Assembly (NCBI GenBank): GCA_951406725.2
Contig: OX597814.1
Location: 116,126,001 to 116,190,000 of the forward strand
Origin: Octopus vulgaris
Lineage: Eukaryota
Length of the DNA stretch: 64,000 bases
Direction: 5' to 3'
The translations under genes were made by a program, and so were the position numbers. Every line of letters starts with the position of its first letter. Within the stretch, counting starts at the first letter, position 1. Of the stretch, positions 1-13,545 are shown piece by piece. Below the pieces are notes generated by a model. The model saw only the letters and a program-made list of their open reading frames with translations. It did not search any database and was not told the DNA's origin.

Positions 1-651
1 ACGGCAACTATAAATACTTTATATTCTCAAAGCAAAAGTCTTCATTGAGGGCATTTATAGTTCGGTACCACAAATAAACAAGCACAATGCATATTTACAT
101 AAAACACACATACACATGTATATATATATATGTATATAAGTGTGTGTATGTATGTATGTATGTATTCCAGCGTTTCTCTTGCTTGACAAGTGAGTTAAAC
201 GAATGAACCCAATTTGTTGAAACTGGAGAAAAAATAACATGGCAGATGAGTCATGTTCAACGTTTAAAAACACACATATAACACTGCGTTCGCTTTTGTT
301 TTATTTCTTAATAGTATTATCCTGCACTATAAAATGCTAAAAAGGATTCATTGCACACCTGCGACTATATCAATGATCCAATTGTGCTTCATTCATTGCA
401 CATTCAGGAATACGTACATGCATACGTATATACACACAAGCATACATACATTCATATATATATATATACATGCATTCATAATACATATATATATATATAC
501 ATATATATGTGTGTGTGTGTATATATGTGTATGCATATATATATGTATGTATATATATGTATATATATGTATATATATGCATATATATGTATGTATATAT
601 ATATATATGCATATATATGTATGTATATATATATATATATGCATATATATG

Positions 652-691
<40 letters not shown>

Positions 692-3600
692 GTATACATA
701 GATATATACATACATATATATTCATGAAGGTCATAAAGCAAATTGATATTCTGGCTTTACAAATCCTACTCTCATTTTATGCCCCCTAAGTTTTACCTAT
801 CTATCTATCTATTTATGTATGTATGTATCTCTCTATCTCTCTGTCTATATCTTTCTGTTTACCTTTCGCCTCCTTTTCTCTATGTGACCGTCCATGTATT
901 CTTCTATCCTTATTTATTTTGTACTTATTGGATATACAATTTCTCTACGCCCTCATACTTCTCTATATTACACATGCACGTCTGTGCATGTGTGTCTATG
1001 ATGCTGCGTGGTGTATTTGTAGTAGGAATGCGTATGTTTATGAAGATGTTTATGTGCGTGTACTTGTGCATCTAAATTGCAATTTTCCTTCTTATAGTCA
1101 GTAAATGTGTACCGTGAGAAAATGTCTTAATAACCTCTACAACTGCCCAAATCCCTTGGATTAGTAATGTATGAATATATGACATTAACGTCAGTTGTCA
1201 AACGAAATAATATTCTTTAGTTAAATATATTGGCTTCTTTTCTAGTGATTTTCCTTCTCAAATTATATTTATTCTTCCTCCCACATTCTCCCACATTAAG
1301 ACATTTGGTCTCAATGTTTGCTTTCGTGGCGATCAACATTCTTTTTTTTTTAGCGTTTCTTTTTCTTCTTTGAAGCAATGGCTGCTTTCTTTGATTAAAA
1401 TAAAACCAGAAATGATACTGCCAACTATAGGCTTATATGTACTATCAGAATTTGATTGGGAAGCATGATTACTGATAAGGATATCTTTTTTTCTTTCCTC
1501 TGTATATTCCATCTTCAAACAGATGTCGGAAATTTCTGACGAATTCCAGTCACCATTATACGAGTAATTATCATTTGCTGTGTCTCATGTACAGATAGGG
1601 AGAAGGAGAAAAAAATAATACCATCTCCAACAAAACTAAGTAAAACATAAAATACTTCGAAACGTGGAGCACATTAAGAACATGGAATCCTGGAATTAAA
1701 AAAATATGGCGCATGAGATAATTAAAAGGCAGCAAGGAGAAAACTTCTCCAATGAATATCGACTTAATCTGCCACAAAACACGGCTGTCATAAAACTAGC
1801 ATCACCAAGGCAGTTTTATGTTTCGTGTTTTATTCTTTCTGTATATGCTTTTTCGTTGACTGGTTCTATGGAGAATGTAATACCCACAAAAATAGAGTAT
1901 TAACTTGGCCGAAGTAAAATATTATACAATCTAGAGTTTTTTTTCTTTAAAAATAAAAGGTGAAAAGGAAAGAAGATAATAGAAGAAGGAGGGAAAGAAT
2001 AAAGAGGAGAGAGAATAGAAATAAAGAAGGAAAAAAAGGAGGAAGGTGTACGAGAAAGAGAAAACGAAAGAAATAGAAACGAAAAAGAAAAACAAGAAAC
2101 TAGATGAAAGACTAACAAGAACAAAAGGAATTATATATAAAGGAAAAAAGAGAAGGAAAGAATGAGAGAAAGAAAAAGACAGGGCAAGAAGAAAAGTAAG
2201 ACATAAATACACAAAAAATGAACGAGTAAAGGAATGAATGAAAGTAAGAGGTAGTAAGAGGTAGAATGAAAAAAGAAGGAAATTTGAAAGAAGGGAAAAT
2301 ATAAGTAAGAAAGAAACTGGTGAAGTTGAAAGATGCTGCAATATATATACATACATACACACACATACATACACACACACACACACATATATATATATGT
2401 GCAAACACACATACCTACACACACACATACACAAAGAATCGTAACCATGTGAGAGCGAGGTATGGAAGCCCTAAAATAAATAAATTGTGATTTGCTTTCA
2501 GAGTTTGTTGTTGTTGTTTTTATTCCTGACGATCTATGGCAACCATTAACCAAGATTCTAATGGTAGCAAAATTTTGGTTTCATGCGTAAACGGTACTGG
2601 AAGTTATATCCATATTAAATGTGGATGCATCGAGTTTGCTGAATATACAAAAGGAACTAATGATTGAAATATAAACAGCAATAAGAAAATATAGTTCTAT
2701 CAATAAATAAATATTTTTATAAGAGTTTTACACAGTAATTCATAGGGAAAAAAATGCGAAATAGAAAATAAAATACACGAATTTTTTATGTGAAATTATA
2801 TTAGACCCATTCAAAGATCTGTTTCATTTAATTTTCTTTTTTTTCTTTAATATATGTTCGGCAAAGAAGGGTTACTAAATCTGACTTTTGCAAGTCCTCC
2901 AGAAATTTATTGATCAAAAATGGAAATTGCATCTGTTCAGCTTCATGTGGAGAACTATCAAGAGATAGCTAGAGAAACTCGCTTAGAGGTTAGCATTGTT
3001 TGATTAGACAGCATAAGAAATTTTATTCACCTGGTTGAGCTGACATCTAGTATAGCTTGGAGTAGACAGTTCTAAATAGTACAACAAAATATTCACTTGT
3101 CTATAGAATAATAAATTTATTTCGGAATTTAAAGCTAATAAACAAAACATTAATTGCATTTATTCAGGCTATTTTGCAACATATATAATTTTCTATTTTA
3201 CAACACAATTTTCTGTCGAAGGTAATGTATTTCTCTCGCAGTATTCAACACATTGTTTTCATTACAATATTGCTTTGAACTTCAGTCTTACATGCACAAA
3301 GACATTATATTCTTCCAACCGATTGTAACGTAGTAATCAATTCATAGACATCTTGTTAAATGTTTTGATCAGTCCATTGTAGAATATTGGTTCCGTCAGA
3401 CAATTCATCAATCATAGCCCAATGCTGACCACCGAAAGCACAGTACACACGTTAGAGTCGCAACATTAGAGAACATAATGATTTTGGCCAGAATAAATGT
3501 ATAATTTATTATGGAAATTGTTGTTTAACTCCGGGTGTACTAGCCGCCGCCAATTTTATTTTTGGATATGAAGCACATCATTATGTAATATATTTTTAAG

Positions 3601-3877
3601 TCGGTTAGGTGTATTATAAAGGCGATTTAGTTGCTATTTAGTTGCGGGGTAATCAAGTAGAACAGTGTAGCTGGTGTGTGCAGTACTGGAGAAATGAAAG
3701 ATAACAGGGTTCGTATATAGAGAGATGAAACAAATATCTGGAGTCCTTTGCGGTGATGGTCCACTGAGTCAATTAAATAATAGCTCTTTATATTGTTGAT
3801 AATTATTCGATTTGTACAGGCGGAAAAAAGTGGGGTGAAACAATAATGATATAAAGTGTATTAACACATATACACAC

Positions 3878-3925
<48 letters not shown>

Positions 3926-3984
3926 ATGTATTTAGATATGATACGTGTACATACATATGTAATGTATCTATGTATATATATAAA

Positions 3985-4110
3985 GCAGCACTCCGTCAGT
4001 TATGACGACGAAGGTCCCAGCTGATACGACCAACGGATTAGCTTGCTCGTGAAATTAACGTGTAAGTGGCTGAGCACTCCACAGACACGTGCACCTTTAA
4101 CGTAATACTC
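3985..4110 (-). mobile_element. SINE 3' segment (same tail as the 7449-7820 copy)
   Basis: Matches 7449-7570: TTATGACGACGA..GCTCGTGA.ATTAACGTG.AAGTGGCTGAGCAC. Confidence 0.65.
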
Positions 4111-4112
4111 TT

Positions 4113-4194
4113 CAGCCTTCATCAGGTGACTTGGGGAAATTTCGAACCTGGGTTCTCATTCCTAAGGTATTTTCCGATGTTGTTGTTGTTGTTG

Positions 4195-4272
<78 letters not shown>

Positions 4273-4343
4273 TCACTACCTGGAATCGAACTCGGAATCT
4301 TGGGGTTAGTTGACCACGCTCTTAACCACTACGTCATATGCTC
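4113..4343 (-). mobile_element. tRNA-headed SINE-like element with internal (AAT)n/(AAC)n and a 3'-truncated hammerhead core
   Basis: Minus strand reads GCATATGACGTAGTGGTTAAGAGC..GAGTTCGATTCC (A/B boxes), then (AAT)n, then ..GTCAC-CTGATGA-AGGCTG. Homologous to 17304-17555. Confidence 0.7.
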
Positions 4344-5041
4344 GTGGGTATTACAATCTCTCTGATGAAGCTTTGGGGCTCAATCATTGACCAACCCCTG
4401 TGTAATGTTTGTTTAATCTTTGAATAATCTCTGTACATTACTGGTACATTGAACAATCTCTGTACACTACTGATGTTACCTTAGGAGAAATATTGCAGTA
4501 ACTTTCCTTTTACGGGCTCCAAATAAGTAAAAATGGGATCTTGTCAGAGATACTTCATGGGATATTTCGATGGTCTCGAAGTCACCTGATAAAGAAGAAT
4601 AAAGAGGTGGCTTTTTCTTTGTCCCTTAACCTGAACGATAGCATGTTTCGTGAGAATCATCTCTTAGACTCATTGGCTTACATATTCATACAGTGCCGCG
4701 TGATGCCATTTAGATGGTGGGAGGGTGGCTTTATTGACTAAAACCTTTGAGAGTAGGATCCTCCCTTTGGGCATTTGGCAGTTAAGTCTTGAGTGTTGGT
4801 GATGATTGCCGATGCGTGCTTGCTCCTGTTCTAGCGTGCCACTTTGGAAACGATATTATCTAAACATCCATAGCTAAACATCCAGGAACTAAAGAGTCTT
4901 TGCTATATATTGATTCTTACGAAATAATGCCAGGAAGCTTCCAGCTATATTAGTGGAAACGTTTCTTTCGTGTTTTCATTGTAGAATACCATTTGATACA
5001 TGAATTACTTTATATATTTCAAAAGTATCCATAATTTAAAA

Positions 5042-5042
<1 letters not shown>

Positions 5043-5109
<67 letters not shown>

Positions 5110-5201
5110 GTGAGAGGGTATCCTTAATTGACATTAACAAATGTCGATAGTCAACTAGATTATATCATGGCTGATAGGAGCCTATGTGTCTGTCTGTCTG
5201 G

Positions 5202-5276
<75 letters not shown>

Positions 5277-5290
5277 CTAGCTATCTCTCT

Positions 5291-5328
<38 letters not shown>

Positions 5329-5343
5329 CTATCTCTCTATCTC

Positions 5344-5412
<69 letters not shown>

Positions 5413-5560
5413 ATATATATATATATCTATCTCTCTCTCTCTCTATCTATCTATCTCTATCTATCTTTCTATCTATATCTCTATCTCTCTCTGTCTCTAT
5501 GTCTCTCTCCCCCCTCTCTCTCTATCTATCTGTATGTTTGTCTGTCAGTTTATCTCTCTC
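5043..5560. repeat. (GATA)n/(TATC)n/(TA)n/(TC)n compound microsatellites
   Basis: Directly visible tandem units. Confidence 0.95.
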
Positions 5561-5609
5561 TCTCTCTATCTGTCTATGTTTGGCCTAACCAATTGCTTCA
5601 CCAGCAACA

Positions 5610-5725
5610 TGAAAACATGCTCGAGAGCTCATGTGGTATACGAAATAGTCTGCAGTAAATATGAGGCATCCTACAAAGGGAGACCTATCAGGAGATTGCA
5701 TATCGGACTACAAGATCATCACACA
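5610..5725 (+). pseudogene. Decayed Penelope-type GIY-YIG endonuclease fragment
   Basis: TCSRAHVVYEIVCSKYEASYKGRPIRRLHIGLQDH resembles the PLE motif VVYxIxCxxCxxxYIGxTxRxLxxRxxEH. Confidence 0.6.
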
Positions 5726-6585
5726 CAGATACTTCTTTATCTAATTTGTACAAGATATAATTTACTTATTTAGATAAATACGCTGCTGAAGTGCAGTCGC
5801 AGGCTGAGATTTTGTATTCTTGTATGAGATGGCCTTTCGTTGATATGTCTCGTCAATGTCAAGCGTACTGTATTTACTGTACACGTGACAGTAATATAAC
5901 GTGTCGTAGATCAGCATTATATCCGAGAGAGAATATATTCAAATAAAAGGCTAATTGACACAAACAATATAACATATATAACATAAAAGACAATCAATCA
6001 ATAATAATAAAATGAATAAATAAAGGAACGCAATTATACAATGTTGATGTTGAGACAGTTTACTGAAAATATTCATTTCCACACGCGACTGCATACACAT
6101 ACAAACCGTGACCTCTCCTGTCGTTAGAAGACAGGTTAAGGTGCCGAAATTTCTTACTGAAGAACCACAGATAATATTGCTAACAGTGATCAAATGGTTG
6201 TCTTTACATAAGCTCACTCCGTCCATCAAACCGACATTGCTCGCACAGGTGTACTCATAAATACAGACACACACACAAAGGCGTGGCTGTGTCGTAAGAA
6301 GCTTGCTTCCCAACTAACAGGGTACGTCACACGGATTGAGAAGAGCATTGTCGCTGTGAATTTTCTTTGCTTTTTCCCCCTTTATTTTGTTTGTTTACTT
6401 TTATATTGTACCTTTTTTCTTTTTCTCTCTGTTTTTCTTTCCCTTTTTCTCTATCAATCTGGTGTGTTTATTTTAATGGCCTACCAATGTATACAGTGCG
6501 TTTGTCTGCCCTAGGTGTCAGGAAAACACTCGACAAGAAAAGGAAAGTCAATTGAAAGAAGAGGATAGTGAAATAATATATGCGC

Positions 6586-6669
<84 letters not shown>

Positions 6670-6696
6670 GGTTGAAAAGGAACACACGAGTTGATA

Positions 6697-7063
6697 TATA
6701 TGGAAAAAAAGTCAAAATAGGAAATGCTAACATAATTTTATAAAAAAGCATTTCAGTACCGGTTTCAGTCATTGATACTTTTTCAACTGTAAGTATGGAA
6801 AACAATTCAATTTTGGAAAAACTAAGAAAAGTTTAAAAAAAAAAAATATTTACAAGTGGCATTTTCTTTATTTCTGCTTGTCTCTGTCTCTCTTGTTTAC
6901 TCTTGTAGGTTCGAGGTCGTTGTGAATTCTTGGTAGTGAAGAAAAAGAAAATTTAATTGTTTCCCATACTTGCTGTTGAAAAAGTCTCAATGACTGAAAC
7001 CAGTACTGAAATGTTTTTTATAAAATTATTTTAGCATTTTCTATTTTCTACCTTGACTATTTT

Positions 7064-7070
<7 letters not shown>
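6697..7070. repeat. ~110 bp diverged inverted repeat (6697-6807 / 6955-7070), each arm with a hammerhead-like motif
   Basis: The arms are reverse complements. Left arm on minus: CAG-TTGAAAA-AGT..ACT-GAAAC-CG-GTA-CTG. Confidence 0.7.
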
Positions 7071-7123
<53 letters not shown>

Positions 7124-7196
7124 TAACATAATGGGAATAAAAAATCCAAGGCAGTGAAAGTTTCTGAAAACTTTCACAGCCGTCGAATTTCTATTA

Positions 7197-7299
<103 letters not shown>

Positions 7300-7368
7300 A
7301 GCTAATATATGATCTAATATATAGCACTTACTCACCTTCAGGCCTTGTTGACACAATTACCTCTCATA

Positions 7369-7446
<78 letters not shown>

Positions 7447-7448
7447 GG

Positions 7449-7820
7449 CAGTCCATCGGTTATGACGACGAGGGTTCCAGTTGAATCCGATCAACGGAAC
7501 AGGCTGCTCGTGATATTAACGTGCAAGTGGCTGAGCACTATACAGACACGTGTACCGTTAAAGTAGTTCTCGGGGAGATTCAGCGTGACAGTGAGTGTGA
7601 CAAGGCTGGCCCTTTGAAATACAGGTACAACAGATACAGGAAGAAAGAGTGGGAGAAAGTTGTGGTGAAAGAGTACAGCAGGGTTTGCCACCACCACCTG
7701 CCGGAGCCTCGCAGCGCTTTAGGTGTTTTCTTTCAATAAGCACTCACATCGTTTGGTCTGGGAATCGAAACTGCGATCCTACGACCACGAATCCACTGCC
7801 TTAACCACTGGGTTGTTGCG
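7449..7820 (-). mobile_element. tRNA-derived SINE family C
   Basis: Minus-strand head ..CCCAGTGGTTAAGGCAGTGGATTCGTGGTCGTAGGATCGCAGTTTCGATTCCCAGACC, homologous to the 58995 copy. Confidence 0.8.
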
Positions 7821-8289
7821 TTTTCTCTCTCTCTTTGTCTCTCTCACTCTCTCTCTCTGTATATATATATAGTATATAAAATTAATATATACATACACAT
7901 ATACACATACCCATCGGTATACATACACACATAAAACACATATTCACTTACAGATATCGAGATGCATAAATGCATAGACACACGTTTTACACATACACAC
8001 ATACAGATACATGCGGATACATACATACATACATACATACATACATACATACATACATACATACATACATACATACATACGGATACATGCATCCATGCAA
8101 ATACATATATATACTTGTATGCACTATAATCAAACACATTTTATTCTTCGCCGATCACTTTTGATATTATCTACCTCTGGCATAGAATTTTCTAAATATT
8201 TAATCATTTGAACATGTCTTCTACTTCGTAATTTTTAATTTTAAAAATCTCGTTGATAAACAAAAATGACTGAAACTAGTTTGGTATTT

Positions 8290-8710
8290 ATTACTCTTTT
8301 AGTATTTTACTTGTTTCAGTCATTTGACTGCGGCCATGCTGGAGCACCGCCTTAAGTCGAGCAAATCTTCCCCAGGACTTATTCTTTGTAAGCCTAGTAC
8401 TTATTCTATCGGTCTCTTTTGCCGAACTGCTATATTACGGAGACGTAAACACGCCAGCATCGGTTGTAGAGCCATGTTGGGGGGACAAACACAGGCACAC
8501 AAACATATATACACACACACATATACACACATATATATATATACATATATACGACGGGCTTCTTTCAGTTTCCGTCTACCAAATCCAATCACAAGGCTTT
8601 GGTCGGCCCAAGGCTATAGTAGAAGACACTTGCCCAAGATGCCACGCAGTGGGACTGAACCCGGAACTATGTGGTTGGTAAGCAAGCTACTTACCACACA
8701 GCCACTCCTG
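8290..8710 (-). mobile_element. tRNA-derived CORE-like SINE family B, full length
   Basis: Head GGAGTGGCTGTGTGGTAAG..GGTTCAGTCCC, CORE-like CTTGGGCAAGT, internal (TA/CA)n, short A-rich tandem tail. Many copies in the window. Confidence 0.85.
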
Positions 8711-8869
8711 TGGCTATGTAAATATATTTATTTAAAAACAACTGCATTTTTTTCAAATTCAGATGCATTTTTGAAAACAAATTCTTGTGGAAATACACAC
8801 TTCTTTTCACACACACACACACACACGCGCTCGCGCGCGCGTGTGTGTATGTATGTGTGTATGTGTGTA

Positions 8870-9091
8870 TACAAAGGGATGCTGAACAGTTACTGGCTTT
8901 GGGTAGAAGAAAATAGAAGAAGGTCTGCTAATTATGATTTTTTTTCAACATATTCCCCTCTCAGATTCACACACTTACTGCAGCGGTCCTTCAATTTTTC
9001 TGAACCCTGTCAAAGAACTCGGAAGGTTGTACCTCCAAACAGGCCATCTGCGACACCCTTAAAGCCAGGAACTTTTCAGAACCAACTCGTA
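8870..9091. mobile_element. Tc1/mariner-derived MITE
   Basis: Imperfect ~30 bp TIRs TACAAAGGGATGCTGAACAGTTACTGGCTTT / AAAGCCAGGAACTTTTCAGAACCAACTCGTA with TA at both ends. Confidence 0.7.
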
Positions 9092-9906
9092 TGTATGTAC
9101 CTGTGTGTGTATGTAGGTCTGTATTAACCGAGAGAGGAGAGAATATTTAATTCGGTGTATAATCTAGAACGTTTTCAGTAAGGAGGGAGCGTTAACTGCA
9201 GTTTTTTCACAGCATGTTGGCATACATAATGCTAGAAAAAATTGAGATTCTTAGCAAATAATTTCATACTGCTGTTAGCATGTTTTAGTCATTAGTTGAG
9301 AATATTCCGTTGTTAATACTGGAAATATTAATTCCACAGGAATTACTAGCGAGCGCAGAGATCGGTATTAATACACATTCATGCGCACACACACTCAAAT
9401 ATGTATGTATTATGTATATATGTACGTTACGCACACGCAAAAATAAAAACATTTTTTATTGCTGGTCCCTCATTCTGTTACTATCGATATTACAAGCCTA
9501 GAGACTTATACGCGTTAAATAAAAGACTTATAAATCAATGTTCTTGCAAACCTTTGCCAAATTCTTTGAACATATTTTGGCATAGAATCAATGCCATTTT
9601 TCTTAATCCGAAAAGTGTTATCGAAAACAGGGTCGATATTTTTGGCGATTATAATATAAATCTCCGTATCAGTGATCTCTTAGTAGTTTCTGGCAAACCT
9701 TAGTCACTTTCATAATCGTTTAGTAATAAGGGAAATAATCTATTATATCAAACTGTGAGAGTGTATCTTGTTTCTTATTTATGATATCAAAACCCATTAT
9801 GACTAAAAGCACTCTCGTTTCGTAAAGATAGAATAGAATCTCTTATTTTGAGTATTATATACTCCAATGTTATTATTCACTTTAATATTAATGTATACTC
9901 TAACAA

Positions 9907-10300
9907 GGCGGCGAGCTGGCAGAATCGTTAGCACGCCAGGTGAAATGCGTAGCCGTATTTCATCTTCCGTTACGTTCTGAGTTCAAATTCCGTCGAGGTC
10001 AACTTTGCCTTTCATCCTTTCGGGTTCGATTAAATATGTACCAGTTACGCACTGGGTCGATATAATCGACTTAATCCGTTTGTCTGTCCTTCTTTGTCCT
10101 CTCTGTGTTTAGCCCCTTGTGGGTAGTAAAGAAATAGGCATTTCGTCTGCCGCTACGTTCTGAGTTCAAATTCCACTAAGGTCAACTTTGCCTTTCATCC
10201 TTTTGTGGCAGATAAAATAAGTACCAGTTGAACACTGAGATCGATGTAATTGACATACCCCACCTCCCCCAAGCTACCATTGTGGCAAAAATTTGAAATA
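9907..10300 (+). mobile_element. tRNA-derived SINE family A plus adjacent partial second copy
   Basis: GGCGGCGAGCTGGCAGAA..GAGTTCAAATTCC head and central GCCTTTCATCCTTTCGGG.TCGAT..AGTACCAG (Meta-domain-like). Confidence 0.85.
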
Positions 10301-10369
10301 ATTATTATATGCTTCAATATTATTTAAGAATTATTAATCTCGTTGAAGGATTAGTGATGGAGTTGTATT

Positions 10370-10675
10370 GTTTGTTCCTTCTCAAGCCATGCCTGGCTCA
10401 TAGGGCCGATTTCCCCGTTTCCTTGGCGTATAGGTTCCCCACCTGGACAGGGGACGCCGGTCCGTCGCAGTTCAGTTGCAAGATGCAGGAGGAAAGAGTG
10501 AGAGAAAGTTGCGGCGGAAGAGACAGCAGAAGTTCGTCATTACCTTCTGCAGGAGCTGCGTGGAGCTTAGGTGTTTCGCTCATAAACACACATATTGCCC
10601 GGTCTGAGAATCGAAACTGCGAACCCTCGACCTCGAGTCCGCTGCTATAACCACTAGGTCATGTGTCTCCACGAT
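10370..10675 (-). mobile_element. SINE family C with V-domain-like tail (diverged)
   Basis: Reverse complement of the 58995-59300 type, including TGCGACGGACCGGCGTCCC..CCAGG. Confidence 0.7.
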
Positions 10676-10930
10676 GGAGTTATATAATGGTTGCTAAAAG
10701 TAAAATATAGTTTGCATACTGCAAGATATTCTTCTCTGTTGTCTAGGCACGTAGTGATTACTTTGCCTTTTGGAATATTAGTCCTCATTGTACTGAATCA
10801 ATAGCAAATTGAATTGGGGAAAGGTGAACCTTTCGCTGTTTCCATTATGTATATATGTATATTTGTATGTATGCATACACGCATATCTGTCTGTATGTAT
10901 ATATATTTACATTTATATATGTATACATAA

Positions 10931-11141
10931 GCGCAGGAGTGGCTGTGTGGTAAGAAGCTTGCTTCCCAACAACATGGTTCGGAACTCAGTCCCACTGGGT
11001 GACACATTGGTCTACCAAGTCCACTCACAATGCTTTGTTCGGCCTGAGGCTATAGTAGAAGACACTTGCTCAAGGTGACACGCAGTGGGACTGAACCTGG
11101 AAACAATTGGTTGAGAAGCAAGCTTTTTAACACACAGCCAC
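10931..11141. mobile_element. Two fused, oppositely oriented SINE B 5' fragments
   Basis: 10931-11010 is a + head and 11011-11141 is a - strand head. Confidence 0.75.
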
Positions 11142-11270
11142 CCTTGTGCAAATTTCTGATGGCGCGCATGCGTGGGTGTCTTTGCCTCCGTGGCCAAAAC
11201 GTAGTGACATCGAACACAAAATAAACGCTTAGTCGGTCATAACAAATCAACAGCATCCAAACTGACGCAT

Positions 11271-11340
11271 TGGCCCATTACAGGTATTTGTAATCCATGG
11301 CCCATTACAGGTATTTGTAAGCCCATGACCCATTACAGGG
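11271..11340. repeat. 27-28 bp minisatellite, ~2.5 copies
   Basis: Unit TGGCCCATTACAGGTATTTGTAA(T/G)CCA. Confidence 0.8.
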
Positions 11341-11752
11341 TTTTCAGGACTGGCGGGAGGGAAGCAGATATCCTCACACCAGAAACATAAACCAAATGCT
11401 TGCAGCAGAATGGACTCTACTAAAGATCACTAAATTACTTAATGATGTTAGACTGGCCGATGTAGTAGCTATAGCAACCAAGTCGGCCACGGTCGGATTT
11501 GAACTCAGAGCGTATACAGCCAGAGCGTATACTACCACTAGGCAACAGTTTTACAGTGTCGCCGACCAACCACCTGAGATTATAACATTTTTTATCGATT
11601 TACAGAGGATTAAAAGTAAAGTTGAACGCGGTGAGATTCAAACACAGAGCCCCGACAGTTGGAACAAATGCACGAAGAATTTCGTTCCACGTTCTGACAA
11701 CTCAATTAATTTATCGTCGAATGTATGGAACATAATTAATTCATTCAACTAA

Positions 11753-12145
11753 AGGCGCAGGCGGGGGCTGTGTGGTAAGAAGCTTGCTTCCCAACTACAT
11801 GGTTCCGGGTTCAGTAGTACTGCGTGGTAACTTGGGCAAGTGCTTTCTACTATAGCCGCGGGCCGACCAAAATTTTTGAGTGGATATGATAGACGGAAAC
11901 TGAAAGAAGGTCGTTATCTATCTATCTGTGTGTTCCTGTTTTTGTCTCCCCTCACCGCTTGAAAACCGGTGTTGGTGTATTTATGTCCCTGTAACTTAGC
12001 GGCTCGACCAAAACAGTGATAGAATAAGTACCAGGCTTACCAAAAATAAGTCCTGGTGTCAATTTGCTCGACGAAAATCTTTCAAGGCAATGCCCCAGCA
12101 TGGCTGCAATCTAGTGACCGAAACAAATAAAAGATAAAAGAAAAG
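11753..12145 (+). mobile_element. SINE family B
   Basis: Head, CORE-like segment and tail homologous to 38229-38720. Confidence 0.85.
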
Positions 12146-12449
12146 ATTGTCTACGTCCCAGTGTTTCTTGCAACGCATCAGTGGGGGTAATTATGGAGGT
12201 GCGGTGTTAAGGAATTGTACCTTTGGGTCTGTGCAGTGTGTTGTGTAGTTTATGGGGATTTGGGGAAGGAAAACTCGCTGGTTGCCGTGGTGAGTGATCC
12301 GCTCTGTAGCCACGTCATCGATATGCGTGATCGACACTGTTGATTGTCTTACCTCATGTTTCGGAGCTTCTTACTAAGCGTGACCATTTATTGGCACAAA
12401 GAATCGCAGTGTCGAGAAACATCTGAATATCGACTCGAGAGAGTTAATC

Positions 12450-12924
12450 TCTCTTTACTACCCACAAGCGGCTAAACACAGAGAGGACAAACAAGGACAG
12501 ACAAACGGGTTAAGTCGATTATATCGTCCCCAGTACGTAACTGGTACTTACTTAACCGACCCCTAAAGGATAAAAGACAAAGTCGACCTCGCCGGAATTT
12601 GAACGCAGAACGTAACGGCAGACGAAATACCGCTAGACATTTCGCCCGGCGTGCTAACGTTTCTGCCAGCTCGCCGCCTTGACTCGACACAGTTAATCTC
12701 TTTGTTTATTACCCACAAGAGGTTAAACACAGAGGAGACAAACAAGGACAGACAAACGGATTAAGTCGATTATATCGACCCCAGTGCGTAAATGATACTT
12801 AATCTATCTACCCTGAAAGGATGAAAGGCAAAGTCGACCTCGGCGGAATTTGAACTCAGAACGTAACGGCAGACGGCTACGCATTTCGCTCGGCGTGCCA
12901 ACGTTTCTGCCAGCTGGCCGGCTT
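12450..12924 (-). mobile_element. Tandem pair of SINE A copies
   Basis: Copies at 12450-12680 and 12699-12924 are flanked and separated by GACTCGA.A.AGTTAATC. Confidence 0.85.
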
Positions 12925-13439
12925 GACTCGACAGAGTTAATCGTCACTCTCGACTATGTTTGAATAAGTAATCGTGCACGTGATTGTGTGTGTGTGTGTG
13001 TGTGTGGGTGTGTTTGTGTGCGTGAAAGAGTATTAAATCTTTTGTCATCCTCAGCATTGGCAAACACAAGTATGATTGGTTTCACTGACGTACTGAACAA
13101 GCAGTTTTGACATTCCGATATAATCTATATCCTTGAGATCAAAGCCAAGGACTTGACATGCCAGCATTATAAATTGCAGGATATAAACGGATGTATGTAC
13201 ACAGCAGAAATTTTATGGCATACAGTGGAATATTAGAGCATTAGGATGTTGCATGTTTCATGTAGGAACTTCGTTTTCTATGTTTTTCTTTTTTGTTCTG
13301 ACAACGACTCATTTATTTACTGAAAATACACATTTACTGAGATTTCTGCATAGAAACACAGAGAAAAAGAAAAGCAAGCACAACACCAACAACAATGTTC
13401 ACACACAAAGGCAAAACTACTCCGTCAGAAATCAGTTTA

Positions 13440-13545
<106 letters not shown>

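Noticed and set aside
334-741. YI/HT/CV-rich ORFs here and at 13.3, 52-55 kb etc.
   Set aside because: Stop-free translations of (TA)n/(CA)n/(TATG)n microsatellites.
4355-4412. CTGATGAAGC..GGGG/CCCC possible hammerhead
   Set aside because: No GAAA box, so too degenerate to call.
8324-9127. 267-aa ORF
   Set aside because: Antisense read-through of SINE B plus a MITE. The same peptide recurs at other SINE copies.
11271-11340. CRISPR-like 27-bp repeats
   Set aside because: No spacers or cas genes, and the context is eukaryotic. It is a minisatellite.
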